A stretch of 64,000 nt of DNA from the human T2T-CHM13v2.0 reference genome, Homo sapiens: assembly GCF_009914755.1 (NCBI RefSeq), contig NC_060939.1. One strand, given 5' to 3'. Positions 46,507 through 63,100 of this stretch are shown here, in pieces. Numbering within the stretch: position 1 is the first letter of the stretch; each line of letters opens with the position of its first letter. The notes below the pieces were generated by a model, which ran no database searches, was not told the DNA's origin, and saw only the letters and a program-made list of their open reading frames with translations. Made by a program: the position numbers and the translations under genes.

Positions 46507-47049
46507 TAGAGGCAACTGCCATCATGCCTGGCTAATTTTTGTATTTTTAGTAGAGATGGGGTTTCACCATGTTGGCCAGGCTGGTCTCGAACTCCTGAAC
46601 TCAGGTGATCTGCCCACCTCAGCCTCCCAAAGTGCTGGGATTACAGGCGCGAGCCACCGTGCCCAGCTGAGAGCTGGGTTTTTAAAATACTAATTTTGAC
46701 TTTGCAAAAATTACTTATACTCTCTGATTGTCTTTCCATAAATCTGGATGACAACAAATGAAAAGCATTCAATCTCACTAGGTATCAGGGAAATACAAAC
46801 TAAAACTTTGGAAATAACGTTTACCTTAAAGATGTAGAAATTGAATGAAATAATATATGTAGAATCATTGACATATAGATGTAAATCCAATTCTATACAT
46901 CTTAGGTTTGGGATTCCTATTAGACATTCAAGTGGAGATGTAGAATAGGCAGTTGAGCATATATATCTGGTGCACAGAAGAACGATCTGGGCAAAGAAAT
47001 AAAGGAGAGCCTAAGACTAAACCTTGAGGGCAGGACATCCAAAGTTAAA

Positions 47050-50340
<3,291 letters not shown>

Positions 50341-50847
50341 ATTTTAGAATTTTAGAATTCCTTTTCAGTTTTGGGACATTTTTATTTCTTTTTTTTTTTA
50401 ATTTCTTTTTTCCATTTTCTTTGTTCTCCCTTGGAAGAACTTTTATTAGACTTTTTTTTTTCTTTTAAATGAGATGGGGCTCTCTCTGTGTTGCCCAGGC
50501 TGGCATCAAACTCCTGGGCTCAAGGAATCCTCCTTGATTATAGGTGTGTGCCACCGTACCTTGCTTCTATTAGATATTTTACTTCTAGGGTTGGACTTCT
50601 ATCTCTCTTATCCTTTCCTTCACATTTATTTTTCTTTTTGTCTTATATGCTGGAATATTGTCTTTCTTTTATCTTTTAACCCTTCTACTGAATTTTAATT
50701 TCAGGAATCGTATTTTAATCTCTAAAGATTCTTTCTTCCTTTTTAAAAAATAACATCATTTTCCTATTGTAAGAATGCAGTATCATTTTTAATTTCTGAG
50801 GATATTAGAGAGTTTAAAATATTTTCCCTCTTATGTTTTTTGAATTA

Positions 50848-50943
<96 letters not shown>

Positions 50944-51060
50944 TCACCTGAAGTCAGGAGTTCAAGACCAGCTTGAAACCTGGACTTGAAACCCTGTCTC
51001 TACTAAAAATACAAAAATTAGCCAGGTGTGGTGGTGTGCACCCGTAGTCCTAGCTACTCA

Positions 51061-51222
<162 letters not shown>

Positions 51223-51280
51223 TTATGAAAACTAAATGTGGCCGGGCGCAGTAGCTTACACCTGTAATCCCAATGCTTTA

Positions 51281-51553
<273 letters not shown>

Positions 51554-51977
51554 CTAAGTGTGATGTCTGTGTGGAAGGGTGCTGCCTACCACCAGGCATG
51601 TGTGGGCAGGTGGGGCCTATACATCTTAGAATGTGAAGTATTTATCACTGCTTGTCTCACCAGCTGTTCTGGTTCTTCTCAATTACTTCAATGTGTTTCT
51701 TTACAGAACTCCCTGCTCCTGTTTTTAGCCTAGGACTTAAAAGCCTAGATGCCACATTTTCTTTATGTGGTGAGAGAGAGGTGAAAAGGTTTCACGGGAT
51801 TGTGCCCAGAGAGACTTATGATTAATCTCCTCTGGTTTCATTTCTACATTTTACTGTTGGCCTCCCTTGCCTTTGGCCTGAGTCCATAGCCTGTCTTGTA
51901 TTCTGCAAAGCATAGCAGCTTGCTTGTTGGTGCAGCCTTCTTTGACAGTAGTTAATGGTGTAGCTTTTTTTTTTTGA

Positions 51978-52082
<105 letters not shown>

Positions 52083-52598
52083 TGAGTAGCTGGGACTATA
52101 GGTGTGCACCACTACGCCCGGCTAATTTTGTATTTTTAGTAGAGATGGGATTTCACCATGTTGGTCAGGCTGGTCTTGGACTTCCCACCTCAGGTGATCC
52201 GCCGGCCTTGGCCTCCCAAAGTGCTGGGATTACAGGCGTGAGCCACCCTGCCCGGTCTGGTGTAGCTTTGATACTTTGCTATAACAATCACTAGTCCTCT
52301 GATTTTTATCTTTCAGATATTAGGTGGAATAACTTGCTTGCTAATGACCTTCTCCCATTTTCATTTGTGTTTTGTACGTTTTTAATTCCTTTCTCGTTTG
52401 TCAGGGTGATGTTGGGATGATAAACACCTGTGGCCAGTCTAGTCTGTTATCTGCTACTGAAAAAGAAAATTTCATTAAATAAAACAATATTTGCTGTATG
52501 AAGATTATCTTAAATGTACATCTTTGAGGAAAAAAATGCTAGAGCTTTACAGGTTTTGCAAAATGAACTTAATGTTGAGATGTTTAAGCAATTTTGAT

Positions 52599-52613
52599 TC
52601 AGTAGGTGGCACT
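52599..52613 (+). promoter_or_regulatory. CTCF-type motif TCAGTAGGTGGCACT
   Basis: One mismatch to CCASYAGRKGGCRS, in otherwise AT-rich non-Alu DNA. Confidence 0.5.
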
Positions 52614-53689
52614 CTTTCCTAGTTTAACTCAATTCTAAATTGTGAACGGTTTGAAAATAGATTTTTCTTATCGGTATAATTTAAATAGATTGGGTTTCAG
52701 AGTTTCGTGATTGTCAACCTTAATCACTTGATATTTTCAGAATTTAAAAATACTTAAGCAAATTTTAAAATTAAGATATTAAACTAAAATCTCTAATATT
52801 TACAAATTTCTGTTGCATAATAGTGATTTATGTTCTGTCAAAAGTCAAAAATAATTACAATCTTATCAGAAGCCCTGACTGCTAAAGGTGTTTGGATTCA
52901 AGTTATCGAATAAATTTTTAAAATTCCCTTTTAGCACATGGGCACTTTCATTTTATTCTCTTTCTTCTTCTTCTTCTATATCTTTATCTCTGAACAGTCC
53001 CCCAATATATCAGTGTTTTTAATGTACTGTATAATAATTTTTTTCTTTCTTTTTTTTTTTTTGAAACATGGTCTCACTGTGTTGCCCTGGCTGGAGTGTA
53101 GTGGCTATTCACAGTCACGTTCATAGCACATTGCAGCCCTGAGTACCTGGGCTCCAGTGATCCTCCTGCCTCAGCCTCCTGAGAACAATGTACTATATAA
53201 TCTTTCAACTGAGCAAAGCACAGTCTCTGCAATCCTGTAACTTAAAATCATAATCAAGTATTAGTTTGTGCAATTAAAACTAATACTAATGTAGTTTAGA
53301 GAAACTTTTAAATGATTTTGGAAAACTTTGCATGATCTGTAAATAATAACAAGCAAATGCATCAAAGTGTCTTTACTTCCTGTTCTGAATTTGCAACTAA
53401 GTAGCCAGTATGTAAATCACACTTGAAATTGTAATATAGCGTTCTCATAAATCTAATTAGGTCTGAAGCAAAATATGAAATGTTAGAACTTTAAGGCACT
53501 TTGGAGGTTATCCAGTCTAACTTTTCAATGATCAGAAACTTTTGTTTTTTTTGAGATAGGTCCCACTCTGTCACCCAGGCTGGAGTGCAGTGACGTGTTC
53601 ATAGTTCACTGCAGCCTAAATCTCCCAGGCTCAAGTGATTCTCCTGTCTCAGCCTCCTGAGTAGCTGGGACTACAGGCACATGCCATAA

Positions 53690-53803
<114 letters not shown>

Positions 53804-54089
53804 TAGATTACAGATGTGAGTCCCTGCACCTGGCCAGAAACTTGTAATTGTAAAAAAGATTGCTAATAGAGGTGAGCGCATTAAAAATTCTGAATTTTAA
53901 AAGCGACATTGCAAAAGCATTTCAAGAGTTAACAACAACTTAATGAAAATGCTCACTGGTAAACCTCTGACTAACTTTAACCAAGTGTGTAAAAATATTG
54001 GTAATTAAAAGACTAAACTATTTCTGAGAATGGTTATCAGTCAGTTGGAAATCCTTGCTTGTGGTTCTAGGCTTACATTACCAATGGTG

Positions 54090-55800
54090 AATGGCAGCTT
54101 TCACTTTCATTTTTCTACACTTTTATCTTAAAAATATACTTTCACAGAATGAGAGAGCCTCAGACATGCCCAGAATTTGGCCTGATAACCAGAAACATAT
54201 CATGATATTTGAAGTTTTGCTCATCTGCAAAATTCCAGGCATTCTGTGTCCCCTGGTTAGTCCATAATTTGTTACCTCTGTTTTTTAGAAACAGAGTCAC
54301 AGAGATAGTATTAGTTATTGAGTCTTCTTCTTCTTCTTCTTCTTCTTCTTCTTCTTCTTCTTCTTCTTCTTCTTCTTCTTCTTCTTCTTCTTCTTCTTCT
54401 TCCTCTTCCTCTCCTTCTCCTTCTCCTTCTCCTTCTCCTTCTTCTTCTGACAGAGTCTTGCTCTGTTCGGCATGATCTTGGCTCACTGCAACCTCCGCCT
54501 CCTGGGTTCAAGCAATTCTCCTGTTTCAGCCTCCCAAGTAGCTGGGATTACAGGCGTGTGCCCAGCTAATTTCTTTGTGTTTTTAGTAGAGACGGGGTTT
54601 CACCATGTTGGCCAGCCAAGTCTCGAACTCCCAGCCTCAGGTGATCCAACCACCTCGGCCTCCCAAAATGCTGGGATTACAGGCATGAGCCACTGCGCCT
54701 GGCCTCTTGATATTTCAAATATATCTTGAAAGTTGCCTTCCAAAGAAAATTGTAAATTTATTAGTTGATAAGTACTCATCACAAAGGTATTGTCTTTTGA
54801 GGTTATCCTTCTGCTAAATAGCTCCTCAATTTTTCAGAATCTATGATTGCATTGATTGCAAAACAGTTTAGTAGGATAAAGGGCTGTGTCTAATTACTAT
54901 CTATCTGTTTCTATGTACATATAATAAAGATTATATAGTACTATATGTAGTATATGCTACATATATAATCTTTAAAAATAGTCTCTTTCCAATCACATAG
55001 CCTGAAATCATTTTTTATCTAGATACGTATTTTTTGAGGTGAAGTCTTGTTCTGTTGCCCAGGCTGGAGTGCAGTGGCACGATCTTGGCTCACTGCAACC
55101 TCCACCTCCTGGGCTCAAGCAATTGCCTGCCTCAGCCTCTTGAGTAGCTGGGATTACAGGTGCCTGCCACCATGTGCGGCTAATTTTTGTATTTTTAGTA
55201 GAGATGGGGTTTCACTATGTTGGCCAGGCTGGTCTCCAACTCTTGTCCTCAGGTGATCACCCTTTTCTGCCTCCCAAAGCGCTGGGATTACAGGGATGAG
55301 CCGCCACACCCAGCCCATATAGAAAATTTTAATGAGAACTGTGCTACCTCAACTAAATCAGCAGTTATGGAGTCTATAGCACTTTTCTTTCAGTTTTAAG
55401 TTCCAGTGATATCTTCATATGCCAAGAAGAAAATAAAATATTCTGAATCACGAAGTGTTCTGATTAGTTCATCTCTGAGATCCTTTTAATTATTTCCAAA
55501 GCTTTACATCTGAGGAAATAGTTCACTAAATACTTTCAAGAATTTCCCAAGATCTTCTAACTCTTGCATTACATCTTCAAACTTTTCTCCATTTCTTCCA
55601 AAGAGCTCACGAAGCTGACCACATAATTAGTTACTCTCACTTGCAGACTTTATACAGTTGTGAACTATGCAATGGATGATGGGCATACCAGTCTTTCCTT
55701 CTGACTTTGATAGTTTGTAGAAATTTTCTTATTACCCTTGATTGCAGGTAACTCACTAATTCAGCCCAGTATTTCCATGTTTAGACCAAACTCCTCAAAT
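54090..55800 (-). mobile_element. Decayed hAT (Charlie/Buster-type) transposase relic, interrupted by two Alus and the TTC tract
   Basis: Collinear minus-strand motifs: IIHCIVH (55660-55680, CxxH motif); LGKFLKVFSELF (55516-55551, cf. WLSRGKVLxRFxEL); QILGMSEALSFCESIF (54132-54179, cf. ILxMFGSTYLCExxFS of the hAT dimerisation domain). Confidence 0.62.
54323..54448. repeat. (TTC/GAA)~26 followed by a degenerate TCC/TCTCCT pyrimidine tract; tail of an antisense Alu
   Basis: Pure TTC run at 54325-54402, then CT-only variants, directly joined to the Alu 3' end (gacagagtcttgctctg) at ~54449. Confidence 0.95.
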
Positions 55801-56019
55801 TCCTGTCAGGCAGTAGTTAGATTCTGCTGGCCCATATATGCAGACTAATTTGGTAAACATTATTTGGCTGCAGTTTGAGGAAAGCAGAATTTGGTTTGGA
55901 GTGCATTTGGAAAAACTTGATCTCTCCACAAGTGAGTAAAATTAATTTTCAGATATTTAAAGTGATTTGATTAAGGATTTCTGGTTTCTTCTGGCAAAAT
56001 TGAGATTAGAATCCCAATC

Positions 56020-56757
56020 TTCTTATTCAGTACAGTTCAATAAATATTTATTGAGTGCTATTTTTCTACTTAAGAGAGAAAGACATTTTCTCTGATTTTA
56101 AGTTTTGAGACAGGTATGTATGTAAACAATCATAATACTTAGATGTATGTATAAAGCTTGAAGAGAGTACTAAAACTGGAGTAAGTCCATTTCAAGGGGT
56201 GGGGAGAGCGGTAAGGAAATGCTTCATGGAAGACGGCTTGGAGGAATGGGTAAGAATTTGTTAAGCAGATAAAGCATGGGTGGGAAATGTGGAGAAAGGG
56301 GGTGAATTTTGAGACAGAAGGAACTGTGCAAAGGCAGAGAGATGGAAAAAGAGAGACATATATCTACAAGAATATGGAGTTAAGATCGGGTGAGTCTTGA
56401 ACCTTGCTGGTATTCTGAAGGGTAAGAAACAGTAGAAAAAGAGAGAGGAAAGATAATGGAAATAAAAAGATGGTCAGTTGAAGAAAGTTCTTATGTAGGC
56501 AGAGGAAATGAGATCCAAATCTCACATGGAAGAATTAGCCTTGGATAGGAGAAAGGATAGCCTTTCCACTGAAACATGTGAGAGGGAAGAAGTGAGATTG
56601 TACTAATGCAATTAGGTTTGTTAGCTTCATGGGGAAAATTGATAGTTATATAGGAATAATATATATATATATTCTTTTACATATATATTATATATTCTTA
56701 TATATAACATATATTCTTTTATATATATAATATATATTATATATTCTTTTATATATA

Positions 56758-56791
<34 letters not shown>

Positions 56792-57600
56792 TTCCTGGAG
56801 AATTACAAGAAGTTTGAGAAGTCCACCGAGGTCCAGGAAGGGTCAGGGGACAGGATGGGAACTAGGGCTGGTATGAAGTGATACTGAAGAATCTGGATTT
56901 TGAAGGGCTTTATTTGTCATGCTAAGGATTTTTAACTTGAAGGTGATGGAGGATCATTGAAAGATTTAAGCAATTTAATGTCTAATCAGTTTCTGCCATA
57001 CTCTAACTGTGGCTTAAGGTTGAGTTTGGGGTGGTGTGGTGACAGTGGTGGAAGCAGAAGCATAGAAATCAGAAAATTGTTATGTGTAAATTAGGTGAGA
57101 GCCGCTTCTCACCCGAATCTACCATTATTCTTCTAAATACAACTGCGTAACACCTGTCCCTTCAACCTCACTCCTCTTCTGCTCTGGGCTTTGATTTGTT
57201 GCCCTTCTGCCATTATGGTAGTGACTATTCTGATTTTTAAAATCTCTTCTAGTCACTCTCCGCCCAGCATTTTCCAAAGCTCATATGTTTATAGATGGCC
57301 CTACCTCATGTTTCATAAGGAAGTCAAGGTCATTCAGTGAACAAGCCCTCAATTTGCCCCCTGAAGCTAACATACCTAAACTGCAGTCTTCTTCCTTCTC
57401 ACCTGTTTCAGTGGAAAGGCCATCCCTTCTCCTATCCAAGGCTAAATTTCCATCTGAGCTTTAAATCTCATTTCCTCTGGCTCCATAGGTATTTTTCTCC
57501 ATTGCGCATCCCTTTATTTTCTTTATCTTTCCACTCCTTTTTTCTACTGACTCTTTTCCTTCAGCATCCCAACAGGGTTGAAGCCCTCACCCTTTTATTT
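56020..57600. mobile_element. L2 fragments in both orientations, with a (TA)n tract at ~56660-56782
   Basis: L2 3' end ttcaataaatatttattgagtgc, then purine-rich and pyrimidine-rich L2 bodies. Confidence 0.6.
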
Positions 57601-57787
57601 CATCTGGGGTTTCTCAACTGCATTATTAACATTTTCGGCCAAAGAATTCTTTGTTGTGGAGAGGCCAGCATCCCTAGCCTCTATCCTAGTGGATAGATGC
57701 CAGTAGCCACGCCCCTCCTCCCTGAGTTGTAACAAACAGCAATGTCTCCGGATGTTGCTAAATCATCCCAGCTTCAGAACCACTGAT
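57600..57787. mobile_element. MER20 copy
   Basis: ggtttctcaactg...tagatgccagtagc...cagaaccactg. Confidence 0.7.
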
Positions 57788-57789
57788 TT

Positions 57790-58055
57790 AACCCAATATA
57801 TCCAAAATATTATTTCAACATATAATAAATATTAAAAAGTACTGAGATTTTTCAGTCTTTTTTTGTATTGTACCTTTGAAATTCGATGTGTATTTTTCAC
57901 TTAAAGCACTTCTCAATTATTTTTATTTATTTATTTTTTTAGGGAGACGGAAAAGGAAAAGGGGAGGGGAGAGGGAGAAGAGGAGGGAGTCTAGCCACAT
58001 TTTAAGTGCTCAGCAGCCACATATGGCTGGTGTCTACCTAATTGAAGAACACAGG
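57790..58055. mobile_element. MER33/MER3-like hAT MITE
   Basis: ctagccacattttaagtgctcagcagccacatatggctggtgtctacc. Confidence 0.65.
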
Positions 58056-58539
58056 TCAAAAGCTTCAGAAAAAAGGTTAGAGCTGGAAATACAGGTTTGA
58101 GAAGTCATGAGATAGTAACAGTTAAAATCAAGGGAGAAGATAAGATAGTCCGGGCAAAATTCTATGTTTAAGAGTGAGAAAATAGGAGGATTGAGGAAAA
58201 TCCTAGTCGAATGCTCTTTTAGTTTTCCCACACAATCTGCTATCCTTGATCATTATTGTAATTTTAAAATCATTTGTGTGTGTGTGTGTGTGTGTGTTTT
58301 GTTTGTTTGTTTGTTTGTTTGTTTTGAGACGGAATCTCACTCTGTCGCCCAGGCTGGAGTGCAGTGGCACAATCTCGCACTCACTACAACCTCTGCCTCC
58401 CGGGTCCTAGCAATTCTCCTGTGTCAGCCTCCCGAGTAGCTGGGGTTACAGGCGCCCGCCACTACGCCCGGCTAATTTTTTGTATTTTTAGTAGAGACAG
58501 CGTTTCACCGTGTTAGCCAGGATGGTCTCCATCTCCTGA

Positions 58540-58855
<316 letters not shown>

Positions 58856-58989
58856 TAGGCCTCCCAAAGTGCTGGGATTACAGGCGTGAGCCACCGTGCC
58901 CGGCCAAAATCATTTGCTTACTGAATGATACGGAAAATATGAGTGAACAAAAAAAGTATTGAAAAAGATGAGTTGATGGCAAAGGGAGG

Positions 58990-59215
58990 GAATTAATGTT
59001 TAGTGAACACTTAATTGGCAAGTAATGTTCAGAGCATTATATAAATTGTCTCATTTAATCTAACAAGAACCTTTTGAGGTAAATACGTTATCCCAATTTA
59101 TAGAGGAGGAAACTAAGATTTATAAGGATCTCATCAATCAGAGAACTCTTAAGTGGCACCACTGGACTTTGAAAGGAAGTCTGCCTGATGGACTCTGAAG
59201 CTCATCCTCTCTCTA
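58990..59215 (-). mobile_element. MIR
   Basis: tctcatttaatct...cccaatttatagaggaggaaactaag. Confidence 0.7.
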
Positions 59216-59753
59216 TCCTCCTAATGCATATAATGACGCATTTGTTATCTACTGACTTTTATAAAATAAACAAGGAGGCTTATGCGATTGTACAGCCCGA
59301 GTTCGCAGGAGATATGTGACCACTTTTGATCTGATTCCGGAAGCAAATTCACTTTAACAGTGAGGTGCCGTGATCTTTATGTCATTAGCGCATATGATAT
59401 GGGTATCATTTGTTGTGAAAGACACTAACCCATGATGTTTTTGTTTACGTATATCTGTAAATGTATCAATTCTGTAGTTGGTTAATTTTTAGTTACGAAA
59501 AAATGAACCAAGATGTAGTCAAGATTTGGCTTAAATGTTGAACGCATAATCACCAAAGAAAATTAAATAATGAGCTTTGTGACACCTTTCAGTTCGCCAA
59601 CAGACTGATAAAACCAGTACAAAGGGGGAGGGCCGGGACCGAGGGGGCGGGACGGTGAGAAACGGGAATCGAGCAAGCGCAGAAACAAACAGATGTTAAT
59701 GGAGGCGTGAAGGCTACTGCGCTCTCACTTTCCGAACTGTCGTAAAGAGCCCT

Positions 59754-60159
59754 AGTGTCGTGCTCTCCTCGGTAGGGGAGGAATTGGTTAGGCGGCGGCG
59801 GCGGCGAAGCGGCGGCGGCGGCTGTAGGGGAGCAGCGGCAGTGGCGGCGACGGCGAGGAGGTGTTCGGTTTGCGCAGCGTAGAAACGCCCGCAGCTTCAG
59901 AGAAGGAGTTCTTGTGGGACCAAATTAGGCATTCTGAACCCACGCCGGCTTAGCTGGGCCGAGTCCAGGCGCTGCCGCACGTACAGTTTTGGTGGCGGTG
60001 ACAGACACTGCTCTTGACTCTAGGGGCCTATTAGGCCGACGTCTGAGGCGCAGATCGCTGGCTCTCGACGCATTACTCTTTACGCCTTACATTTCTGTCT
60101 TCCTTCCTGGGTCAGTGATTCCCGGACCCTGGAAGAGAAGAGGGTGGCTAATGATTAAG
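59754..60159 (+). other. RNF111: RNF111 non-coding exon 1 (start approximate)
   Basis: GGC-repeat-containing leader ending at a strong donor AAG|GTGAGG (GT 60160-60161) followed by intronic G-runs. No RNF111 coding sequence lies in the window. Confidence 0.8.
59791..59822 (+). repeat. Interrupted GGC/CGG repeat in RNF111 5'UTR
   Basis: (GGC)5 GAAGC (GGC)4 read directly from the sequence. Confidence 0.95.
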
Positions 60160-63100
60160 GTGAGGGGAACAGGGGGGGAGGGGATCCATTGGAGGCCGCG
60201 CGTGCGCGCAACGGGGGAGGGGCCGGCCTGGAGGGGAGAAAGAGGAAGGGCTGCGGCCGCGGAAGGCTGGGGTCGGTGACCGGCCGGTTATCTCTGGCTC
60301 GGTGGTGACTTAGGGTCTGGGTCTCCGCAGACGATTTGTGTTTGGGCAAGGCATTCGTCTACCGACACACCCACAGCCTACAGTGAGGGAGTGTGGGTGA
60401 GGGGATTTCTCTCCCACTTCCGACTCTCCCTAGAGTCTCAGGATGGGGGCTGAGGACCGAGGCGTGGGAGTGCGATTTGACAATGGAGTGATGAAGGTAA
60501 CCCGGACCCGGGGAGTTGGAGGGCGCTAAGTCAGCCCTGACGGCTAGGGAGTCGCCTGCTGCTGCTGTGATCAAGGAAACGTAGTCCGCGGAACAGCTGA
60601 AATACAGACGCGTCAGATTTTGTATGGAGTTGGCTTGTTGGTCATTTAAAAAGAAACTGATGTTTTTACTATTGTCCTTCGATAATTTATCAGAGTCAGT
60701 GTCAGTGCTATAGTGGGAATATCTGTTCAGTGCAGCAGAAATAGATTTGTTACAACAGTTCTTAAATAGGTTATAGTAGATAGATCTTTACAGATGGGTA
60801 TTTCTCAACCTAAGTTTTGATTATTCAAAAAATACCAGAAAGTATGAGGTATTCATTTAATTTGTTCGTGTGTGTGTTGTGGGGTGACTCCATTGTGTTG
60901 TTGTAAGCTTTCCTGTTTCTTGATTTATGTGCGGCATTAATTTAGAATTCTCTTGAATGGTAAGATGCCAGCTGACATAGACTACGTTTTGTAGGATTTC
61001 CTGTAGCTTTTGAATGTGACTTAATCTAAACTTTATTTCATTTGGTATTTTATCTATAATTTTCTTGTTTTAGGGGCCTCTTGAACTAAAAAGAACAAAC
61101 TGGGAAAAACATAAGCTAAGGTTCCATTTCCTTTCCCATTTTTGTTGTGTGTGTGTGTGATGGTTGTAAATGCTTGAATGTGATTTTGAGATTACCATAC
61201 ACAACTTCTGTAACGCTGGACTTAGCTTTATTACAGTAAAGATACATCTTTTGATAGTTTATTACTATATGTATTTTTGTAAAAATCTTCATGTCAGTAT
61301 AAGCCACATTGTTTCACCCTAGTCTGGTTATATTTGTGAGGTGAAACAGATGGATAAGAAGGAAGCCCTTTTACTTTTACAATCATTTTAAATTGATTGT
61401 TTCTAAAGCCTTGATTTATCTTATTTTGGACACTTTCTTGCCATTTAACCTTGGACAAATGACTTTATCATCTCTCTCCTGCTCATTTGTTTGTGACCAA
61501 AGATTCACAACAGTATTCTAAGAATTGGTGAGGGTGTTTATAAATCTAAATAATATTTTAGGAAAAAGTAGGAAGAATGAGTCTCCTTGTTTATCACGGG
61601 TGCTATATCATGTGCAGATCCTTCTGTCACTTCTTAACTTTTGTTTGGTGTCTGTTGGCCACTTGTTTGCTAGTTATTTCACCAGACATAGAACTGGTTT
61701 TTAAAGAAAGGTATAAACAAAGTGACTTCATTTTGGTGAAAAATGCATTACAGCAGAGGTTACATCTTAACGAATTTCACTTTGGTACTCCATTTCTACA
61801 GATTATTGAGAGAGAGCTGTTGTGATGTTTAAGAGAAAAGCACCTTGCTTGTATAAAGCTAAGGTGCAGTCATTTAGCAGATACTCCTAGTTATTTTACT
61901 TTAAAATAAAAAATATAAAGGAAACTAATTGAATCAAACCATTTAGATTTTTAGATGTTTCCTTCTTTTTTTTTTGTTATAGTTTAAAGAGAGGTTTCTG
62001 TATCATGCTTTACTTGAGGCATACTTATGTGCCCTTCTTTTGACTTTTTCTCCCCTTTTGGGCCAAGACTTCAGTAGGAAATAAAAGAGACCATCTGAAA
62101 AATGATAGCAGTTAAAATATGTTATAACTTGACATTACCGTTCTATGGGTAACGTTATCTTATGAAATAATATAGGGCTAAGGACAGGAGATCTAGATTT
62201 TAGATCTATCTTTGCTTGCTATACATTAGATCTCCGAGTTTATTGTTAACCCTCCTTGGGCTTCAGGTCTCTCTGTTTAAATGAGAATTGTAGAATAGAT
62301 AACTTTCGTTTTCTTTAGGTCCCAAATTTAATGGTTTGTATATCTAGTTAGGTTTTTGGTATTCATTGTTGTGTTTGTCGTAATTGAATCCCCAGAAAGA
62401 AATGCTGTACAAAAAGCATCAATTCCCTCATGAAATGTGTATGTGTAAAACCTGTCATGAAGCTGTGGGCCAGGCGTGGTGGCTCACCCCTGTAATCCCA
62501 GCACTTTGGGAGGCCAAGGCGGGCGAATCACTTGAGGTGACCAGTCTGGCCAAAATGGTGAAACCCTATCTCTACTGAAAATACAAAAAATTAGCCGAGC
62601 TTAGTGGTGTGCGCCTGTAGTCCCAGCTGCCTGGGAAGCTGAGGCAGGAGAATGGCTTGAACCTCGGAGGCGGAGGTTGCAGTAAGCGGAGATCGTGCCA
62701 CTCACTGCACTCCAGCTTGGGCGACAGAGCGAGACTGCTTCTCAAAACAAACAAACAAAAAAACTATGATTGTTGTTCCACATATTATTGCTATTGTTGT
62801 CCCATTGTAGATATTAATTACTGAAGCTTTAATAGCTTTCAGATGGTACTAAAAATGAAATTTTTTATTACTCCTGGTAACATTTTAAAAATCATCTGGA
62901 ATAATTTGTTTTTCTTTCAGAAACCTGTAATTATTGTTCAGTAAAAGTCCACAATTACATTTGAATGTCTTATACCTCTGTTTGTTTCTTTCCTACATCC
63001 TACAGATTCTTGGTAACAGCTGGCCCAGGTTTCTACAGGTACTCAATTTATATCATTACATGAGGAGTGAATTACAAATATTTAAAGACAAATACTTAGC

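Larger units (their letters stand above)
59600..60620 (+). promoter_or_regulatory. RNF111: RNF111 CpG island / promoter
   Basis: CpG-dense, with GC boxes (GGGGCGGG ~59644), an NRF1-type motif at ~60198-60209 and an upstream ETS CCGGAAG at ~59337. Identity is from recalled 5'UTR sequence and known SLTM-RNF111 adjacency. Confidence 0.85.

Noticed and set aside
54160-54569. Poly-E, poly-S, poly-R and poly-L ORFs
   Set aside because: These are translations of the TTC/GAA microsatellite plus Alu sequence, not genes.
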